From the NCBI GenBank assembly GCA_963753595.1, contig CAVWCX010000024.1:96001-160000 (forward strand): a stretch of DNA of 64,000 bases. Reading direction: 5' to 3'. The notes beneath the pieces were generated by a model. The model made no database searches and was not told where the DNA came from. It worked only from the letters and a program-made list of their open reading frames with translations. Each line of letters begins with the position of its first letter. Position 1 is the first letter of the stretch. Shown here piece by piece: positions 20,160 through 29,750 of the stretch. A program made the translations under genes and the position numbers. The stretch comes from Candidatus Methanoperedenaceae archaeon. GTDB taxonomy: Archaea; Halobacteriota; Methanosarcinia; Methanosarcinales; Methanoperedenaceae.

Positions 20160-21329
20160 ATGAGAGATGTGGCAATTATCGGAGTCGGATGCACGGAATT
20201 CGGCGAATTATGGGATAAATCCTTCAGGGAGTTATTTGTAGAAGCTGGCGTGAGCGCGATAGAAGATGCCAATGTTCAGGGCGGGAAGATCGATGCGCTT
20301 TATGTGGGAAATATGAGCGGAGGGCGGTTTATTGAACAGGAGCATCTTGGAGCGCTTATTGCGGATTACTCCGGCCTGGCCAGCCTTCATATCCCTTCAA
20401 CACGGGTGGAAGCAGCCTGCGCCTCGGGCGGGCTTGCATTGCGCCAGGGTATACTTGCAGTGGCATCAGGTTATCATGATATTGTGGTAGCAGGAGGGGC
20501 TGAAAAAATGACCGATGTGGGTGTTGAGACGACAACTGATGCTCTTGCAGCGGCTGCTGACAGGGAATGGGAAGGCATTATGGGTGCCACATTCCCCGGC
20601 CTGTATGCCATGATAGCAAGGCTTCACATGCATAAATATGGTACAACACAGGAACAGCTGGCAGCAGTGGCGGTAAAGAACCACCACAATGGTACAATGA
20701 ATCCAAAAGCACAGTTCCAGAATGAAATTTCAATTGAAACTGTAATTAATTCCCTTATGGTCGCAGACCCCTTGCGGGTCTTTGATTGTTCCCCGATAAC
20801 AGATGGCGCTTCGGCTGTGGTAATTGCACCGGCTGAAATCGCAAAGAAATATTGTGACACTCCTGTCTATGTAAAAGCCTCAGCACAGGCAAGCGGCACA
20901 ATTTCGCTTCATGACAGGCCTGATATTACAACGCTGGATGCGACTGTGGCAGCAGCGAACTGGGCTTATAAAATGGCAAAACTCAAGCCAAAGGATATTG
21001 GCTTTGCAGAAGTTCATGATTGTTTCACGATCGCCGAGATATGTGCTATTGAAGACCTTGGATTTGTCAAGAAAGGAGAAGGCGGACCGGCAACAGAATC
21101 AGGCATGACTGCTCTTGGCGGTAAAATCCCTATAAACCCATCCGGAGGATTAAAAGCATGCGGACATCCTGTTGGAGCTACGGGTGTAAAACAGGCGGTT
21201 GAAATAACACTTCAACTGCGTGGTGAAGCCGGGAAGCGGCAGATAAACGGCGCCGAGATTGGTCTTACGCATAATGTCGGCGGTTCGGGCGGAACTGCTG
21301 TCGTTCATATTTTCGGGAGGGAGAAATAA
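20160..21329 (+). CDS. Acetoacetyl-CoA thiolase (archaeal)
   Basis: [36 protein letters not shown]. Confidence 0.96.
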   Translation: MRDVAIIGVGCTEFGELWDKSFRELFVEAGVSAIEDANVQGGKIDALYVGNMSGGRFIEQEHLGALIADYSGLASLHIPSTRVEAACASGGLALRQGILAVASGYHDIVVAGGAEKMTDVGVETTTDALAAAADREWEGIMGATFPGLYAMIARLHMHKYGTTQEQLAAVAVKNHHNGTMNPKAQFQNEISIETVINSLMVADPLRVFDCSPITDGASAVVIAPAEIAKKYCDTPVYVKASAQASGTISLHDRPDITTLDATVAAANWAYKMAKLKPKDIGFAEVHDCFTIAEICAIEDLGFVKKGEGGPATESGMTALGGKIPINPSGGLKACGHPVGATGVKQAVEITLQLRGEAGKRQINGAEIGLTHNVGGSGGTAVVHIFGREK

Positions 21330-21331
21330 GT

Positions 21332-21733
21332 ATGTCAGTCCCAAGATTTTGGAGAAGACTTAAAAATCTTTATAATCTCATCGGAACGCACTGTGAAAAA
21401 TGCGGTGGTTTTTTCTATCCACCCAGGAACATGTGCCCCAAATGCAGAAGGAACGGTATAGTAAATCCTTTCAAATTCAAAGGGGCCGGTGAAGTTGTAA
21501 CATATACTATCGTGCATACAGCTGCGAAAGATTATGCAAAACTTACCCCTTATATTCTTGCTATAATAAAACTGGATGAAGGTCCAAGGCTTACATCCCA
21601 GGTAATATGTGACCATTCACAGATCCGTATTGGTATGCGTGTCAAGTCAGCTTTCAGGAAGCTCGGCGAGGAAAGTGATAAGGGAATGATATATTACGGG
21701 ACAAAATTTGTCCCGATGGAAGAAAAAGCCTGA
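21332..21733 (+). CDS. DUF35 Zn-ribbon/OB-fold scaffold of the thiolase-HMGCS complex
   Basis: CEKC...CPKC plus OB fold ending IYYGTKF. Confidence 0.93.
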   Translation: MSVPRFWRRLKNLYNLIGTHCEKCGGFFYPPRNMCPKCRRNGIVNPFKFKGAGEVVTYTIVHTAAKDYAKLTPYILAIIKLDEGPRLTSQVICDHSQIRIGMRVKSAFRKLGEESDKGMIYYGTKFVPMEEKA

Positions 21734-21754
21734 TTATTTCATTTTAATTTTTTT

Positions 21755-21806
21755 AATGACTCGTTACATCATTATGGTGTAATTACTCGTTACATTCATT
21801 ATAGTG
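21755..21806 (+). repeat. Tandem imperfect ~26-bp direct repeat upstream of the site-2 protease promoter
   Basis: aatgactcgttacatcattatggtg followed by aattactcgttacattcattatagtg. Confidence 0.75.
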
Positions 21807-21826
21807 AATAGAGTATATAAGAACAG

Positions 21827-22909
21827 ATGAATAATACTCAAAATGCATCCATGACAGAACAGGAGCTTAGAGAGAAAATAAACCAGGTTTTTTCTATATA
21901 TGATATCCAGCATGTGGATGGCAATATTTATTTTTTTGGCACCCCAAAGGAGGATATTAAGATCATCTTCCAGAAGCTATGGCCGCTCCTTTCTGAAAAA
22001 GGTTTCCAGTTCACAATAAAATATGATCTTGGCGAACACATTCTCATAGCATCGCCATTCTCACCTGCAAAAGAACGCCTCTGGATAAATTATGTACTGG
22101 CTATTGTTACGATCTTCACCACGATGATCGTGGGTTCTTATCTTTATGGCGCGAATCCGCTCCAATTCCCGGCTGATGTCCTGAAAGGATTACCTTTTAC
22201 AATCGCGATCATGACCGTACTTGGCGCACATGAGGCAGGACATTACATTGTAGCAAAAAAGCATGGTATGCAAACGTCTTTGCCTTATTTTATCCCATTT
22301 CCGAACATGATAGGCACAATGGGCGCTGTGATCAAACACCGTGGACCGATACCCAACCGTAAAGCCCTGTTTGATGTAGGTATTTCAGGTCCTCTTATCG
22401 GGCTTTTTGTATCGATTGTCGTAACCATCATTGGTCTGCTTCAACCTCCAGTCCCCCAAACATCAGATTATTTTCAAATTCAACTTTCTAATCCATTATT
22501 ATTTGAATTTATAACTCGCTTTATCCCGTTGAATACTGTGTTGATCTCGTATCCGATCGCATTTGCAGGCTGGGTGGGAATGTTCGTGACAGCCCTGAAT
22601 CTTATTCCGGCCGGACAACTTGATGGGGGTCATGTTCTTCGCGCAATGATCGGTGAGAAAGCAAAAGAAGTGTCAAGAATAATTCCATTCATACTTATTT
22701 CTCTTGGTTTCTATGTTACATATATCCTGAACCACGAGGGTTCTATATGGGTTTTATGGGGTATCTTCCTCTCGTTTTTTGCCGCAGCAGGCCATCCCAG
22801 GCCTCTTGATGACGATATACCTCTCGGGAAAGAAAGGATGGCATTAGGGATAATTACTTTTTTCCTGGGATTGCTGTGTTTTACTATTGTGCCTTTCCAG
22901 TTGGGGTAA
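21827..22909 (+). CDS. Site-2 protease (M50 intramembrane metalloprotease)
   Basis: HEAGH, LPYFIP, G..GP, NLIPAGQLDGGH and multiple TM segments. Confidence 0.95.
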   Translation: MNNTQNASMTEQELREKINQVFSIYDIQHVDGNIYFFGTPKEDIKIIFQKLWPLLSEKGFQFTIKYDLGEHILIASPFSPAKERLWINYVLAIVTIFTTMIVGSYLYGANPLQFPADVLKGLPFTIAIMTVLGAHEAGHYIVAKKHGMQTSLPYFIPFPNMIGTMGAVIKHRGPIPNRKALFDVGISGPLIGLFVSIVVTIIGLLQPPVPQTSDYFQIQLSNPLLFEFITRFIPLNTVLISYPIAFAGWVGMFVTALNLIPAGQLDGGHVLRAMIGEKAKEVSRIIPFILISLGFYVTYILNHEGSIWVLWGIFLSFFAAAGHPRPLDDDIPLGKERMALGIITFFLGLLCFTIVPFQLG

Positions 22910-22984
22910 TTTGAAGAATGATAATAATTAATATTTAAAAAAAAACAATATAATTAAATTAAAAAGAATAATAATAATAATACC

Positions 22985-23833
22985 ATGTCAAAAAACAAAG
23001 ATCTTCAAATTATTGTATTTTTATTAATTTTATTAAATATATTTATATTATTTGAACCTTTAAACAAAACGATCTTGCGACCCCTCCTTGGTATTTCTTT
23101 TATTTTATTCGTGCCAGGATATACTTTAATCGCAGCCCTATTTCCTGGGAAAAACGATATTGACAATATAGAACGTATCGCTTTAAGTTTTGGCTTGAGT
23201 ATTGCGATAGTGCCGTTGATCGGGTTGGGATTAAACTTCACCCCTTTTGGAATAAGACTTATTCCTATTCTATACAGTATCTCCGTTTTTATATTGACAA
23301 TGTGTTTAATAACTTATTTCAGAAGATTGAAATTACCTGAAAATGAAACAGATAAAGTAAATTTTTCAAAACTTATTCACAAACTAAAAGAGACGATAAA
23401 TGGAGAATCAAGGCTTGATAAATTCCTCACAATAATACTTATTCTTTCGATTATCACTTCAGCAATTATATTGATCTATGTGGTAATAACGCCTAGACAA
23501 AGTGAGAAATTTACAGAATTTTATATATTAGGAAATGAAGGGAAAGCAGATAATTATCCAACACAGCTGGAGTATGGAAATAATAACAGTTTGATCGTAG
23601 GTATAGTTAATCATGAATATATTTCAACAAATTATACTTTTAGGATAATGTTGGAAAATAATACTTTGATTTCAAAACACATCCAATTGGAGCACAATTC
23701 AACATGGGAAGAAAAGATTTTTTTCACTCCGGAATTGAAAGGTAATAATCTTAAACTTGAATTATTACTTTATAGAGAAAATAATTTTACAGCGCCATAC
23801 AGGGATCTGCATTTATGGATAAATGTAATTTAA
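22985..23833 (+). CDS. DUF1616 membrane protein
   Basis: LFVPGY.LIAALFP, ERIALSFGLSIA, EKFTEFYIL, A..YP, YRDLHLWI. Confidence 0.92.
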   Translation: MSKNKDLQIIVFLLILLNIFILFEPLNKTILRPLLGISFILFVPGYTLIAALFPGKNDIDNIERIALSFGLSIAIVPLIGLGLNFTPFGIRLIPILYSISVFILTMCLITYFRRLKLPENETDKVNFSKLIHKLKETINGESRLDKFLTIILILSIITSAIILIYVVITPRQSEKFTEFYILGNEGKADNYPTQLEYGNNNSLIVGIVNHEYISTNYTFRIMLENNTLISKHIQLEHNSTWEEKIFFTPELKGNNLKLELLLYRENNFTAPYRDLHLWINVI

Positions 23834-24579
23834 AAAATTACGAGTTATTATCAATACTTTTGATCATCACAGCAGAAATCTTATTATTCTCGGGACAAAG
23901 GCTCGGCTCAATAGCAGTGCATTCAATAAACCTTATTTTAATAATAATATTAATCATTTCAAGAAAAAGAGAAAATATCATTCAATCTCTTTCCCTGGTT
24001 TCACTTCTTCGCATTGTTAATATATCGCTGCCCATATTTTTTTCCTTTACTATTTACTGGCTTGCGTCTTTATATATAATATTGTTTATTCCTATGATTT
24101 TAATAATAAAAGAACAGCGATTGACCAAGAGATATATTGGATTAACCTTTAAAAACATATATCTATTGCCGCTTTCTATTCTTCTGGGAATAGGGTTTGC
24201 CTTTTTCGAATATATTATTCTTGTACCAAATCCAATGATCCCTGAACCAAATTTTTCTAATTTATTTATTCTTAGTATTATAATGATTTTTTTCATAGGC
24301 CTGTGTGAAGAGTTAATATTCAGGTCGCTGCTCCAGCAAAGTATAGAAGAAAAATCCGGACCAATAATTGGACTGCTTATTGCAGGTCTGATATTTGGTT
24401 TCATGCATTCGGGATATTCAAATTATTCTGAAATCCTTTTTGCATTTCTTGCAGGATTAGTTCTTGGATTTAGCTTTCAGGTAACAAGAAGTCTCCCATT
24501 TGTTGTAATAGCACATGGAGTAAATAATATTGTTTTATTCGGTGTATTACCTTTTATTATAAAATTTCTGAAATCTTAA
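23815..24579 (+). CDS. CPBP/Abi (CAAX-like) intramembrane glutamic endopeptidase
   Basis: EELIFR, FGFMH and HG.NN motifs. Confidence 0.92.
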   Translation: MDKCNLKNYELLSILLIITAEILLFSGQRLGSIAVHSINLILIIILIISRKRENIIQSLSLVSLLRIVNISLPIFFSFTIYWLASLYIILFIPMILIIKEQRLTKRYIGLTFKNIYLLPLSILLGIGFAFFEYIILVPNPMIPEPNFSNLFILSIIMIFFIGLCEELIFRSLLQQSIEEKSGPIIGLLIAGLIFGFMHSGYSNYSEILFAFLAGLVLGFSFQVTRSLPFVVIAHGVNNIVLFGVLPFIIKFLKS

Positions 24580-24814
24580 AAATAACAATAGATGAAAAGA
24601 TGAGCAGTAATGGTAATATCATTGTATCAAAAACATTTGAAATTTCATCATTCCAGTAACTGCTTGCCGATAATATTTCTTTGGAAGAAAGTAGCAATAT
24701 CAATAAAATGGTTGCCAGAACACCGCCGATGGCCAAGCCAGTTACTGAGGTCATTGATATGGCGCTTGATACTGCACTGCTAGCACTTGAAACTGAGACC
24801 ACCGCACTTATCAT
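24557..24814 (-). CDS. Small Ser/Thr-rich two-TM membrane protein
   Basis: N-terminus MISAVVSVSSASSAVSSAISMTSVT, TM ending L..KE, second TM PLLLIFSSIVI.K. Confidence 0.7.
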   Translation of the reverse strand: MISAVVSVSSASSAVSSAISMTSVTGLAIGGVLATILLILLLSSKEILSASSYWNDEISNVFDTMILPLLLIFSSIVIFKISEIL

Positions 24815-24864
24815 TAAATGTTAAATAGAAAACTATATGCATATACTTTTCGTAAGGTGGTAAA

Positions 24865-26142
24865 ATGAGAATTGCTCCAAAAATCGTAATATTTTTTTTA
24901 ATAATTCTTCTAACTGCATATTCCGTGTCGGGTGCAGTGTCTAATTTGACAGTAATACCCGAAAATCCATTTGTCGGTGATGAATTGATTATGAAAGGAA
25001 AAGCCGATCCTGGTGATTTGTATCCTTCAATTACTTTCACAAAACAAATAGTTCACACATCAGATAAACGATTTTTCTTTCAAATCAATAACATTTATAT
25101 CCCACCTGAAAATGATGGTTTTTCTATCACTGCAATTGGAGTTGATGATCTTAACCTGAGTATTACATGTATTGTATTAAATATTGAGACAAAGTGCAAA
25201 GAAATATCAAAGAAAGCAGTAAATAATGTAGTCAAGATCACACATGGCCATGTATATGCAATAAGATATTTTACTATTTCAATGAATGGTAATTCCAATA
25301 CCACATCTACCGTCAATCTGACAATAAAAGTAACATCTAAAATAACTGCTGACAGCAATGGATATTTTGAATCCAGATATTCCACTTCGCAACTTTCTCC
25401 TGGCACTTATATTATAAATATAGGTGGAAAAACACAGACGATATTCCTTTCAGATACCGTACCACCGAGTCCGGAAGGTGATGGTATTTCAGAAGCAACG
25501 GGTGGTGGTGGTGTTACATCATCAGAACCATCTGATAATATTAAAAAATCCGACGTTTCAATGATCGACCACATAGCAAACATTCCGGGTAAACACGTAT
25601 TTAAATCATCGGAACTAAATATTTATGAGATCATCAGTACAACAAGCGATGATGAAAAAAGCGTTAGTATGAAGGTTGAATTATTAAAAAGTCCCTCCAA
25701 ACTTGTAACGGCTACAGCACCCAGTATTATCTATAATAATCTTAATATATGGACAAGCACAAAAAAAATTATAAATGCAGTAATTAGATTTAAAGTGGAA
25801 AATTTCTGGATCACATCAAATAACCTTATGAATAACGAAGTAAAGTTATTAAGATGGGACGGCACTAAATGGGTAGGACTTGATACTGCTAAAATATCAG
25901 AGGATCCTGTATATTCTTATTTCGAAGCAGAGACAGATACTTTCTTGCCATTTGCAATTACGGGATTAAAGCCTGAACCCGATAAGGCACCTATCCCGGA
26001 AGTAACAAAAATGCCTCAAACTCCGACAATAGCCATCGAAAAGTCAATCGAGACTAGACCTCCAACAAATTGGGCGCTAATTATCGGTGTGTTTTTAGTG
26101 ATAGGGATAATAGTATTGTACTATTTAAAGAGAAAATCCTGA
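24865..26142 (+). CDS. PGF-pre-PGF domain surface protein
   Basis: Signal peptide, GGGG.TS.EP..NI, VE.LK, NAVIRFKVE..WI, LLRWDG..W..L.T, YFEAET..F..FAI, Pro/Thr linker and C-terminal TM with basic tail. Confidence 0.85.
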   Translation: MRIAPKIVIFFLIILLTAYSVSGAVSNLTVIPENPFVGDELIMKGKADPGDLYPSITFTKQIVHTSDKRFFFQINNIYIPPENDGFSITAIGVDDLNLSITCIVLNIETKCKEISKKAVNNVVKITHGHVYAIRYFTISMNGNSNTTSTVNLTIKVTSKITADSNGYFESRYSTSQLSPGTYIINIGGKTQTIFLSDTVPPSPEGDGISEATGGGGVTSSEPSDNIKKSDVSMIDHIANIPGKHVFKSSELNIYEIISTTSDDEKSVSMKVELLKSPSKLVTATAPSIIYNNLNIWTSTKKIINAVIRFKVENFWITSNNLMNNEVKLLRWDGTKWVGLDTAKISEDPVYSYFEAETDTFLPFAITGLKPEPDKAPIPEVTKMPQTPTIAIEKSIETRPPTNWALIIGVFLVIGIIVLYYLKRKS

Positions 26143-26327
26143 TAATAGGATTTTGTCTTTTTTGTAAAAAAATCATGATTTCCTAAATGGGATATTAAAT
26201 TTAATCAATTGTGATTATCATAATTATAATCACTACAACAGAATATTTCGAAAGATTTAAATATAACATATATTAATAATCAAAATATTGGTGGTATTTC
26301 AAAAAATTAATCATTTTTTGGAAATAT

Positions 26328-27875
26328 TTGCAGCCCAAAAGAGGGATGAATATAGTGGATAGACAAAATACGAACAATAATAAAGCAATAACAGCTGTTT
26401 TTCATACTTTTAATAAAGAAGCTACTATTGGTAGTATAATTCTTAAAGCTCGCCAGTATGCAGACCGCATCATCGTTGTCGACAACGGCAGCAGTGACCG
26501 CACGCTACAGATCGCAGAGTTTGCTGGCGCAGAGGTTATAACTCATCCAGTGAATTCTGGCAAGGGAGCGCTAAAGATAGGTCTTGAACTTGCCAGGCAG
26601 AATGGGGCAAACATCGTTGTAATGATGGATGCAGATATGGAACCTGACGGAATACCAGGAATGATCAAACCTATCAGGACTGATGGATATGATTTTGTTG
26701 TGAGTTCAAAAGACAAAACCAATAATTTCTATTCACGGCAAAATGCCCTTTTGTTAAATAAAAGAGAAACTGACAAAAAAGGATGCCTTGCCTTTTCGAT
26801 CGATTGTTTAAGATGTATTGACCTTAGCGATCTCAATGGGTCAGAAGTAAAAAATATCATAAACCAGGTTGGAAAAAACAATCATAAAATAAAATATATT
26901 GAACATGAAGATAAATCCAATTCCAATAGATTCAAAGGTTACAATATCGGGGTGGTCGTACCCGCATACAATGAAGAAATGCTGATAGAGGAGACGCTTA
27001 AAGGCATTCCGGATTATGTAAAAAGGATATATGTGATTGATGACTGCAGCAAGGACAGGACTCCTGATATCCTGAAGGGCATGACTGACCCCAGGATCGT
27101 GGCTTTCCGGCATGAAAAAAATAAAGGTGTTGGTGCGGCGATCGTTACAGGCTATAAGCTTGCGCTTGAAGAAGAAATGGATATTATTGCAGTGATGGCC
27201 GGAGATAACCAGATGGATCCGGATCAGCTTCCAGGTCTTCTTATCCCGATAATTGAAGGAAGGGCAGATTATACAAAAGGGAACAGGTTGATCAGCAAGG
27301 ATTTCCGTCAGGGAATGAGCAAATGGAGATTCCTGGGGAATGCAATACTTACGATGATCACAAAGATAGGCAGCGGCTACTGGCACATAATGGATCCTCA
27401 GAATGGATACACAGCAATATCCAGGCAGGCACTTGAAGTGTTGAATGTGGATGAAATTTTCCCGTATTATGGATATTGCAATGATATGCTCATAAAATTG
27501 AATGCCTATGGGATAAGGGTTGAAGATGTGGTGATGCCAGCTCGATATGGAAGAGAGAAATCCAAGATCAAATATAGCAGTTATATCATGAAAGTCGCCC
27601 CGATGAATTTCAGGGGATTTTTATGGCGATTGAAAACAAAGTATGTTGTGCTTGATTTCCACCCTCTGGTATTTTTTTATCTTGCAAGCATGGCGCTTAT
27701 ACCCGCAGGAGTGCTTTTTAGCATGTGGATATTTATCCAGAAATGGTTTCATCTCCAGGTATCACAAAACTTTCCTCTGCTTGCGGCTTTTATAACGCTT
27801 ATGGGAATCCAGTTACTGTTATTTGCAATGCTTTTTGACATGCAGGCAGATAAGAGCAGGAGTGGAAATGTCTGA
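26328..27875 (+). CDS. Tandem GT2 glycosyltransferase (two GT-A domains plus C-terminal TMs)
   Basis: First domain VVDNGSSDRT...MDAD; second VVVPAYNEE, DDCSKD, MAGDNQMDP, KGNR, DPQNGY. Start probably the ATG at 26346. Confidence 0.92.
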   Translation: MQPKRGMNIVDRQNTNNNKAITAVFHTFNKEATIGSIILKARQYADRIIVVDNGSSDRTLQIAEFAGAEVITHPVNSGKGALKIGLELARQNGANIVVMMDADMEPDGIPGMIKPIRTDGYDFVVSSKDKTNNFYSRQNALLLNKRETDKKGCLAFSIDCLRCIDLSDLNGSEVKNIINQVGKNNHKIKYIEHEDKSNSNRFKGYNIGVVVPAYNEEMLIEETLKGIPDYVKRIYVIDDCSKDRTPDILKGMTDPRIVAFRHEKNKGVGAAIVTGYKLALEEEMDIIAVMAGDNQMDPDQLPGLLIPIIEGRADYTKGNRLISKDFRQGMSKWRFLGNAILTMITKIGSGYWHIMDPQNGYTAISRQALEVLNVDEIFPYYGYCNDMLIKLNAYGIRVEDVVMPARYGREKSKIKYSSYIMKVAPMNFRGFLWRLKTKYVVLDFHPLVFFYLASMALIPAGVLFSMWIFIQKWFHLQVSQNFPLLAAFITLMGIQLLLFAMLFDMQADKSRSGNV

Positions 27876-27878
27876 AAG

Positions 27879-28388
27879 TTATTTGTTCCTTCGATAAATG
27901 GAAGCTGCAATGAAAACCAGGGTAATAAATCCGATCACATCGGAGATGAAATCAATAGAGAAAACAGGAGTAAAAGAATTTTGAATTATATTCAGGAAAT
28001 AATCCACCCAATACTCCCCTGGTATGCCATGCGGGAACGCAAATCCAAATATAGGCCAGAATAGGGTTTCAGGCGCTGACCACATGCGATCTTCAATAAT
28101 GTGAAGAAAAACGGCGCCGGATATGAAGAATATGTGCGCATCTTTGCTGCGCCTGTAAAGATAAAACCCAACAAGAAAGAGGAGGAAATTAAAAATTATT
28201 GTATGGGCAAAGAGGCGCCCGTTAGCAAGAGAATCAGCAAAAAGGACTCTGCCAATAAGCTTATCGATAATATCGGGCAAAATAGCCCCAAGTCCCACAT
28301 ACCAGTATCGAATGTGAATATCAGGTCGAAGATATCCGAGAATGAAAAATATCCCGATCGTAATTCCGATATGTCCTAAAAGAAACAT
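27879..28388 (-). CDS. YdjM-like metal-dependent membrane hydrolase
   Basis: GH, GAILPD.IDK, R.FAHT, LH...D.MW, FWP.FG. Confidence 0.85.
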   Translation of the reverse strand: MFLLGHIGITIGIFFILGYLRPDIHIRYWYVGLGAILPDIIDKLIGRVLFADSLANGRLFAHTIIFNFLLFLVGFYLYRRSKDAHIFFISGAVFLHIIEDRMWSAPETLFWPIFGFAFPHGIPGEYWVDYFLNIIQNSFTPVFSIDFISDVIGFITLVFIAASIYRRNK

Positions 28389-28771
28389 GATTATCCAGAC
28401 AGGTTTTATGACTTCAAAAACATTTTCCTTGAATGTGACATATGGGTTATACTTTGCGCGGGGTCAGGGGGTAGAGAAAGAAGCAAGCAGAGCTTAATCG
28501 GCTTAGAAAATCATTTGATATATTCCCGTGGGGAAAACCTGAATGGATCAACAAATACGATCAAATGCTTGATTTAACAGCTACAAAAACAGAATATCAA
28601 AAAGAAGTATATGGTCAAGTGCTTCAAGATGTTTTAAAAAGAGGCACAGCGCTACCCCAAACTGATACTGAACACATAAGCCAGGTATAAAGACTTATAT
28701 CTCATATTCGCTTAACCTTTCAATTAAATTTTTTCAAATACTAATCCAAAGAGGTTAAACCCCATCATTTG

Positions 28772-28842
28772 ACCGGATTAACAGGATGGACAGGATCGGA
28801 ATTTATCAATAGTTTGGGGATACCTCCTGCCAATAGTCCGGC
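28772..28842. repeat. Degenerate periodic-arm palindromic element
   Basis: accggat/acaggat/acaggat at 9-bp period (28772, 28781, 28790); decayed opposite arms ctcctgc and gtccggc. Confidence 0.45.
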
Positions 28843-28871
28843 GCGCTCGAATTGTGACGTGTACATATATA

Positions 28872-29213
28872 TTAATAGAACAATTCCAAAAGCTGTTTTT
28901 TTATGTCGTTGATTTTTTCTTCTTTTAATCGTGCAACAACGTTTATAATAATACTTTTTTCGACTGCATATATGGAATCGACTTTTACATAACTTGGTTC
29001 AATATCGATAGTCCCTTCTGCCAGGTCATCTCTTAGAATTTCTGACTCCCATACATTATCTCTGCTTCTGGATGTTACTCTCAATACAACTATGTCTATG
29101 GAGTGTTCATTATATTCCGAATTGCTGATTACCAGAGCAGGTCTAAACTTTGCCTCTTTTAAGTTGCTATAGGAAAAATCAACAAGTACAATGCTTCCCT
29201 GTTTTGGTGACAT
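28872..29213 (-). CDS. mazF: MazF/PemK-family toxin
   Basis: G.IVLVDF.Y....K.RPALVISN..YN, .TS, S.VKVD.I. Confidence 0.9.
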   Translation of the reverse strand: MSPKQGSIVLVDFSYSNLKEAKFRPALVISNSEYNEHSIDIVVLRVTSRSRDNVWESEILRDDLAEGTIDIEPSYVKVDSIYAVEKSIIINVVARLKEEKINDIKKQLLELFY

Positions 29214-29438
29214 TTAATCTTGTTTCAGGGTCAATCTTTTAGCTGTGTATTCTTTCCAAACCGTATCTTCATTTTCCCAATCGATTTTTTTGGGTAGTAT
29301 CTCTACTTTTTGAAGTATAACCTTCCCAGTGTTAATAGTAACGTCTAAATAATCACCAACGCTAATATTTAATTTCTCTCGAATAGACTTTGGAAGTGTT
29401 AATAGCCCTTTTGATGATACTTTAACCAATTCGCTCAT
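29214..29438 (-). CDS. AbrB/MazE-family antitoxin
   Basis: VKVSSKG..TLPK.IREKLNI..GD.L; directly upstream of the toxin. Confidence 0.9.
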   Translation of the reverse strand: MSELVKVSSKGLLTLPKSIREKLNISVGDYLDVTINTGKVILQKVEILPKKIDWENEDTVWKEYTAKRLTLKQD

Positions 29439-29750
29439 GTCTTAGATGTTAGAATTCTAAGATATTAAGCTTATCGGATGCACAACAACGTCGAAGGTGA
29501 CCCTTATATGAAAAGAGGTATTTACTACAAATGAAAAAAGGAACTGCAAATGAAGCTCCACATAGTAGAGCGGTGGGGCATATCATTAATTCGACCTGGA
29601 GTTTCTTGAGCCTGCCTTATCCAACACATAGTGGAGTTGGGGGTATACCGATAAAATAAACGCAAAAAGCTTGAATATAAAGGAAGAAGTTTCATGTGCC
29701 TCAATTACTAAGACAAGAAAGGGGAAGTCGTATAGATATATGGAACCTAA

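Noticed and set aside
5077-21344. Many 60-170 aa antisense or alternate-frame ORFs in the track
   Set aside because: They shadow well-supported genes and have no motifs.
28475-28690. Open frame AELNRLRKSFDIFPWGKPEW...
   Set aside because: No start codon and no recognisable family; probably a 3' gene remnant.
29550-29590. gaagctccac...gtgggg resembling a TnpB/IS605 right end
   Set aside because: Short imperfect stem and no tnpB remnant recognised.
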